11,325 nt of DNA from Candidatus Sigynarchaeum calidifontis (GTDB taxonomy: Archaea > Asgardarchaeota > Lokiarchaeia > Sigyniarchaeales > Sigyniarchaeaceae): the NCBI GenBank assembly GCA_030587475.2, contig JAUQYZ020000018.1:1-11325 (forward strand). Reading direction: 5' to 3'. Under the pieces are notes generated by a model. The model saw only the letters and a program-made list of their open reading frames with translations. It did no database searches and was not told the origin of the DNA. The position numbers were made by a program, and so were the translations under genes. This document shows, piece after piece, positions 6,574 through 11,325 of this stretch. The stretch's first letter is position 1; each line of letters begins with the position of its first letter.

Positions 6574-7515
6574 ATGAAGGAAACCGGAGAAATGCCCGCG
6601 ATGAAAGAAAAAAACAAGCTCAGCGCGTTCTTCGCGAAAAAATCCACGATCCCGCTCATCTTGTATGCCAGCCTCGCATTCGTCTACTATTTCCTGGCAT
6701 CATTTCTTTATGGAATTGCCCAGGCCATCATCAGCGTGTTTTTCGATCTTTTCTTGTCTTTTTTCTTCGGATTCTTGATTTTCGGCTTGCTAGGTATCGC
6801 GTGTGCCAAGCTATTCTTCATCGTGCAAGCCTTTTTCTCCAGGAAACAGAAAATGACCGAGAAATATATCATGCTCAAGACATCGGGAACCGTCACGGGC
6901 TGGCTGCTCGTCAAGCGGGCTTTCTTGATCTACGCCATCGCCATCTCGCTCACCTTGACCACGCTCCAGATCTACAACTTTCTAGACCCGACCTTGTTCT
7001 CGGGTAGCGAGGAGAGCCAGAAGACGTTCACGCTTTTATACACGTCGTTTGTTTTCATCTACGCGGCCGGCCTCACCCTCATCTTGCCACCGACATGGTA
7101 CCTGGACGACGTGAACCTCATGTATTTCACCGAGGCAGAAGGTGTCAAGTATTTAAATCCAGTCGGTCAAAGCGTGCTTCCGGCGCTCAAGGGCTTTGGA
7201 TCAGTGAATATAGTCATCGCCTACCTTGTTTTCGTGGCAACCCGATTCAAGGGTGCAAATTTAATCACGCTATTCGATCCTATTCTCACCTTGTTCATGC
7301 CAATCATGTTCTTGCTTGGATTCGATGCGATCAGCGAGTATGGAAAGAAAAGCGTGCGATCCTTTCTCGTTAAAAGGGGCATCCAGAGTTTCGACGAGAT
7401 GCATATCGAACTCGTGAAGGCTTCGGGGGAAAACAGGATCGAGATCGAAGGAACGACATCCACGGCTGAAAAAAAGGCCACCAGTGAAAAGGACACCGAT
7501 CGAAAAAAAAAGTGA
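6574..7515 (+). CDS. Hypothetical polytopic membrane protein (about 6 TM)
   Basis: 313 aa with Phe/Leu/Ile-rich helices, a polar loop PPTWYLDDVNLMY...PVG...LKGFGS and a charged tail. Several possible starts (6574, 6592, 6601). Confidence 0.85.
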   Translation: MKETGEMPAMKEKNKLSAFFAKKSTIPLILYASLAFVYYFLASFLYGIAQAIISVFFDLFLSFFFGFLIFGLLGIACAKLFFIVQAFFSRKQKMTEKYIMLKTSGTVTGWLLVKRAFLIYAIAISLTLTTLQIYNFLDPTLFSGSEESQKTFTLLYTSFVFIYAAGLTLILPPTWYLDDVNLMYFTEAEGVKYLNPVGQSVLPALKGFGSVNIVIAYLVFVATRFKGANLITLFDPILTLFMPIMFLLGFDAISEYGKKSVRSFLVKRGIQSFDEMHIELVKASGENRIEIEGTTSTAEKKATSEKDTDRKKK

Positions 7516-7540
7516 AATATAGGAACTTGAGGGCACGATC

Positions 7541-9145
7541 GTGGCCTCGCGAATGATGGTGATGCGAGTGAATGACAAGTACAACATCGTGCTCATAACG
7601 ATCGACGCGCTGCGGTACGATCATTGTGGATTCAACGGATATCACCGGGATACCACGCCACGCATCGATCAACTCGCGCAAAATGCCGCCGTGTTCGATA
7701 ACATGTATGCAACCGGGCCATGCACGCCCCCTTCTTTTTGCTCGATGTTCACCGCGACGTTTCCCTTCGACAGGGGAGGTTACTCGCCTCTTCCGGCTGG
7801 AAAGACGACGATCGCCGAGGTCCTCTCGAGACACGGTTACCAGACGGCCGGCTTCACGTCGAACCCGCAAAACAGCCATTATTTCAACTACAACAGGGGC
7901 TTCCAGCGATTTTTCGATTCACTTGGTGCGAGCTCGAAGAACCCCATCACGAGGCAGGTCCTCGCCCATTTCGAACGCAGTGGCAAGCGGTCGAACGCCT
8001 TGTACAACCGCATCCAGAGCGCAAAGATCTTCCCCAAGATCGTGCAGGCCTCGCTCAAGCGGCTCTTCTACCGCATATTCCTCGGCAGGAGCGTCATCTA
8101 CTACGTCCGCGCCCGGGGCATCACGAGGCGGGCTTTGAAGTGGCTCTGGTACCATTACATCACGTCCAATCCCCAGGACGGCGCGGCCAAGAGGCCATTC
8201 TTCTTGTGGACACATTACATGGACACGCACGACCCGTTCATCCCGAAATGGAAGGATCTTGTCGAGATCAACCCTCGATTCAACAAGAAAGAATTCGACT
8301 ATGTCAAGCGATTTCCCGAGTACACGGACGTGCTAAAAATAAACAAGCGAAAGCGGAGCCTCGTCGATCTCTACGACGCCGCCCTCCGCGCGGCGGACGA
8401 GCGCATCGGGTTTTTCGTCCGCAGGTTCAAGCGCAAGGGAGTCTTTGACAAGACCATCTTTTTTCTCACGTCGGATCACGGCGAGGAATTCAACGAGCAC
8501 GGGGATTTCGGCCACCGCGCGCACTTGTACAACGAGCTCCTCCACGTCCCCTTCATGGTATTCGGCGGGCCGGTCGAGCGCGGCGAGATCCAAGGCATCA
8601 AAGCCGGCACGCGCATCACCGACACCTTTTCGCTCGGCCAGCTCGCGCCGACGATACTTGATTTGCTCGGCATCCGCCGGCCAGCCTCGTTCGACATGGA
8701 TAGCATGATGCCCCACCTGGCGCGAGCCGTAAGCGGCCAAGCGGCTCGTGAAAATGCATCCACGATCTTTCCGGCACGCCACGTCATGGCTTGCACGTTC
8801 CACAAGGGCATCGAGACCCGCTTCAACGAGTTAAAGGACAAGGCCATCAAGCGGATGGTCTCGATCCAGGATCACGCCTACAAGTTCATCCTGGACATGG
8901 CAACGACCCGCTGCGAGCTTTATGACTTGCGGGCCGATCCCGGCGAGAAGGTCGACATATCGATGGCGCGTCCCGGCATCGTGGAGCAATGCATAGCAAT
9001 ATGCAAAGAATACGTCAAGGGAAACGGGCGCGGGCTATCACGGACGGGTAGCATGAAGGGGGAGGCAGGTGAGAACGAAGACGATGCTAGCGGCGAGCGG
9101 GCGAAGATCACCAAGGCAATCGCTCGTCTGAAGGTGAGATTGTAA
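7541..9145 (+). CDS. Sulfatase-like alkaline phosphatase superfamily hydrolase/transferase with predicted Thr nucleophile
   Basis: NIVLITIDALRYDH, GPCTPPSFCSMFT, TIAEVL..HGYQT, PFFLWTHYMDTHDP, LYD, SDHGEEFNEHG..GH, LHVPF, ELYDLRADPGE. Exact start uncertain. Confidence 0.92.
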   Translation: MASRMMVMRVNDKYNIVLITIDALRYDHCGFNGYHRDTTPRIDQLAQNAAVFDNMYATGPCTPPSFCSMFTATFPFDRGGYSPLPAGKTTIAEVLSRHGYQTAGFTSNPQNSHYFNYNRGFQRFFDSLGASSKNPITRQVLAHFERSGKRSNALYNRIQSAKIFPKIVQASLKRLFYRIFLGRSVIYYVRARGITRRALKWLWYHYITSNPQDGAAKRPFFLWTHYMDTHDPFIPKWKDLVEINPRFNKKEFDYVKRFPEYTDVLKINKRKRSLVDLYDAALRAADERIGFFVRRFKRKGVFDKTIFFLTSDHGEEFNEHGDFGHRAHLYNELLHVPFMVFGGPVERGEIQGIKAGTRITDTFSLGQLAPTILDLLGIRRPASFDMDSMMPHLARAVSGQAARENASTIFPARHVMACTFHKGIETRFNELKDKAIKRMVSIQDHAYKFILDMATTRCELYDLRADPGEKVDISMARPGIVEQCIAICKEYVKGNGRGLSRTGSMKGEAGENEDDASGERAKITKAIARLKVRL

Positions 9146-9160
9146 AGATTTAGCGCCGCG

Positions 9161-9559
9161 TCATTTCTTCCCGGGTTTCTGGTATTTTTTATGGGACTGC
9201 TGGCCCTTGGCGTGGTGTTGCTGCCGTTCCTTCAGGTCCTCCTTTTCTTTCTTCTTTTTCTTGACCATGACGAGGTATTTTGCAATCTTGATGATTAACT
9301 TGGCCTTTTCTACTTTCTGGCTTGTCAAATCAACCGGCTTCACGAGGAGCCGGCCCTGGTATTCCTCGAACCACGATGCGGGGTGTTTTGCATCGGGATC
9401 GACCTGGTAGTCGAGTTTCAACACGTCGGCTATGACCTTGAGCTCGTCGAGCATCGGGCGCTGCACCGCTATCGACATGGGTACACGTCGCCCTGTCCGG
9501 CGTGAATGCTTGGCATCGAAATAGACCGGATACACCATCAACAAGTGCTTGTTTCTCAT
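9161..9559 (-). CDS. srp19: Signal recognition particle protein SRP19
   Basis: VYPVYFDAKHSRRTGRRVP..AV.RP.LDEL, KHP.SW and GRLLV match the SRP19 signature. Confidence 0.96.
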   Translation of the reverse strand: MRNKHLLMVYPVYFDAKHSRRTGRRVPMSIAVQRPMLDELKVIADVLKLDYQVDPDAKHPASWFEEYQGRLLVKPVDLTSQKVEKAKLIIKIAKYLVMVKKKKKEKEDLKERQQHHAKGQQSHKKYQKPGKK

Positions 9560-9589
9560 GATAGCGATTCTCGAACGAGTCTAGGTTAT

Positions 9590-10162
9590 TCAGCAAAAGG
9601 AGGCCAAGTATGTTAACAGTTTCTGTCCGCCCTCTTCAATCGTCCCCGTGTTGACAATGGTAAAATCCGCGCCGGGCAGCGTTTCGTTTTCCTTCGCGCG
9701 CTGGACGCGGGCCTGGACTTGTTCCTCCGTTTCCCTGCCACGATCATGAATGCGCATCACGATCGTATCGATCGGGACCTGCACGAAGATGACCTTGGTG
9801 CCGGGAAACCGTTTCCGGGTATCGTCGATGATCTGGCGGCTCACATTCACGATGACGAGGTTCCCTTTTTCCAATTCCTCGATGATGTCGTTTTTCACGC
9901 CATAGTACATGCCATAGCTAATCCACTTGAGCGAGAAATCCCCGTTCTTGTCCATTTTCTCGAATTCTTCAGTTGACACGGAAACGAATTTCTCTGTTTC
10001 CGGTGATTCGGGCCGGGTGATATATCGCTGGGCCACGATCAATTCCTTCTCGGGGCATTTCCAATGCTCCTTGGCCCACGTAAGAATCGAGTCTTTACCC
10101 GAACCCGAGTTACCGACCAGCAAGAACATGGTTCCTCGAGGATTCCTTGCGGTTTTTGCCAC
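9590..10162 (-). CDS. phnN: Ribose 1,5-bisphosphate phosphokinase PhnN-like (guanylate kinase fold)
   Basis: P-loop VGNSGSGKDSIL, RYITRP, W.SYG.YYGV, VIVNVSR and RGRE. GKDS plus N-x-S-R point to PhnN rather than Gmk. Confidence 0.85.
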   Translation of the reverse strand: MAKTARNPRGTMFLLVGNSGSGKDSILTWAKEHWKCPEKELIVAQRYITRPESPETEKFVSVSTEEFEKMDKNGDFSLKWISYGMYYGVKNDIIEELEKGNLVIVNVSRQIIDDTRKRFPGTKVIFVQVPIDTIVMRIHDRGRETEEQVQARVQRAKENETLPGADFTIVNTGTIEEGGQKLLTYLASFC

Positions 10163-10176
10163 GGCGTATCACGCTG

Positions 10177-10184
10177 AAAAAAAA
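10177..10184 (-). terminator. Candidate oligo-T (T8) terminator downstream of the USP gene
   Basis: Eight consecutive T on the minus strand, about 48 nt past the stop at 10232. Confidence 0.35.
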
Positions 10185-10231
10185 TGAAGGCGGGATACAA
10201 AAGCGTTCCCAGGCGACACGAGGGGCCGGTT

Positions 10232-10843
10232 CTACGCTTTTCCCTTTGCCTTTTGCTTTTTCGGCTGCTCGGCGGGCACCGAACCGTGCGACGCTGCGCA
10301 CTCGCTCCGCATGATCATGATGTTCGTGCACACGCTGTTTACGATGCCTGATGTTACCGACCCGAGAAATATACGCTCGATTGCATTATGAACGCCCCGT
10401 GCACCAACGATGACGAGGTCTATTCCTCGTTTTTGGACGAGATCCCGGGCAGCTTCGACGGGACCCGTGTTTTCAACGAGGATCACCTCGCACTTGAGGC
10501 CGGCAGCTTCGACCTTCTTCTTTGCTTCGGATAATAGCCGCTCGCCGATAGCCTTCTGGGTCTGGAACATACGCGCCTCGGCATCGGCGTCGATGGCTAA
10601 CGAGTCTTGTCCCATCGGGGGCATCGAGGACGTGTTCAACATGCCGAGAAACGGGATGGACGTGATCGCCTTCACGGTGTGGAAATAGTGCTGGATGGAA
10701 TGGAACACGATGATCTGCGAGTTGTGCAGCTTGCCGATTTCAATGGCGTTTTGCAGGCTCCAGGACGATGGATCCGAGCCATCGAATGGAACCAATATCT
10801 GCTTGAATGTTGACATCGAATTCATCTCGAAAAGTACTACCAT
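10232..10843 (-). CDS. Universal stress protein (UspA family); likely start ATG 10816
   Basis: FKQILVPFDGS..S..SLQNAI, DLVIVGARG...IERIFLGSVT..IV. Lys-rich tail. Confidence 0.94.
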   Translation of the reverse strand: MVVLFEMNSMSTFKQILVPFDGSDPSSWSLQNAIEIGKLHNSQIIVFHSIQHYFHTVKAITSIPFLGMLNTSSMPPMGQDSLAIDADAEARMFQTQKAIGERLLSEAKKKVEAAGLKCEVILVENTGPVEAARDLVQKRGIDLVIVGARGVHNAIERIFLGSVTSGIVNSVCTNIMIMRSECAASHGSVPAEQPKKQKAKGKA

Positions 10844-10908
10844 TCGAAGCTCCCCAGGCAGTTCATAAAGTTACTTCATATACGGGAAAAAAACGTTGCA
10901 TCACAAGG

Positions 10909-10930
10909 CAAGCCCGGTTGACCAGGCTTG
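10909..10930 (-). repeat. 22-bp imperfect inverted repeat or hairpin
   Basis: Minus strand CAAGCCTGG TCAA CCGGGCTTG forms a 9-bp stem (one G-U) with a 4-nt loop. A T7 tract follows about 15 nt later. Confidence 0.5.
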
Positions 10931-10971
10931 AAATAACGGTTAAAAACCAGGCGGATGAAAAGCGAAGGATC

Positions 10972-11325
10972 CTAGAGCACCTTCAAGATCTCGTCCTCTT
11001 GGTAGGATTTCAACGGGATTTTCTCGCCACTCTGCATGAAATAGACGCCTTCGGCCTTCCCCACCACGGAGCCGATGACGGAGGCATCCATCTTGAGGTT
11101 CCGGATGGCGCGGACGATCTTGATGGTTTCCTCGGGAGGTGCCAGGATTATCATGGCTCCCGATGCGAGCAAGAACAACGGGTCGAGGCCCAAGGCGGTG
11201 CAGATTTGCTTGGTCTCGTCGTAGATCTTGATGCGATCCTGGAAGATTTTAAAGCCATGACCTGTCAACTCGGCGAGCTCGTTCAGCGCCGTGCCGAGGC
11301 CGCCCTCGGTCGGATCGTGCATGGC
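10972..11325 (-). CDS. AIR synthase-related (PurM/HypE-like) protein, C-terminal part; truncated by window edge
   Basis: AMHDPTEGGL..AL.ELA, IC..LGLDPL.L.ASG and A.VIG.V. MHDPTEGG, versus MRDPTRGG in true HypE, indicates the HypE-like paralog group. Confidence 0.88.
   Translation of the reverse strand, partial: AMHDPTEGGLGTALNELAELTGHGFKIFQDRIKIYDETKQICTALGLDPLFLLASGAMIILAPPEETIKIVRAIRNLKMDASVIGSVVGKAEGVYFMQSGEKIPLKSYQEDEILKVL

Noticed and set aside
6574-7515. Visibly AT-richer segment suggesting horizontal transfer
   Set aside because: Explained by Phe/Ile/Lys-rich composition; no flanking repeats or mobility genes.
10972-11325. Calling this gene hypE
   Set aside because: The motif is MHDPTEGG, the HypE C-terminal PRIC is absent (it ends EILKVL), and there are no hydrogenase genes in the window.

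Overview
Archaeal chromosomal DNA, most likely from an Asgard (Lokiarchaeia-like) archaeon. This is inferred from archaeal-type MCM, GINS23 and SRP19 genes sitting beside an unprenylated Rab-like GTPase and a stand-alone 7TM protein. Gene order: mcm 3' end (+), polytopic membrane protein (+), gins23 (-), Rab-like GTPase (-), 7TM protein (-), tRNA (-), alpha-glucan phosphorylase (+), membrane protein (+), Thr-type sulfatase-like enzyme (+), srp19 (-), phnN-like kinase (-), universal stress protein (-), HypE/PurM-like 3' end (-). The main hidden feature is in the apparently empty interval 4108-4798. It holds a complete tRNA-Pro(GGG) gene (4487->4350, genomic CCA) split by two short introns at non-canonical sites, 13/14 (31 nt, relaxed motif) and 58/59 (30 nt, strict bulge-helix-bulge), with none at the usual 37/38. 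I found no mobile element or CRISPR array. All protein calls come from motif recognition by eye; no searches were run.
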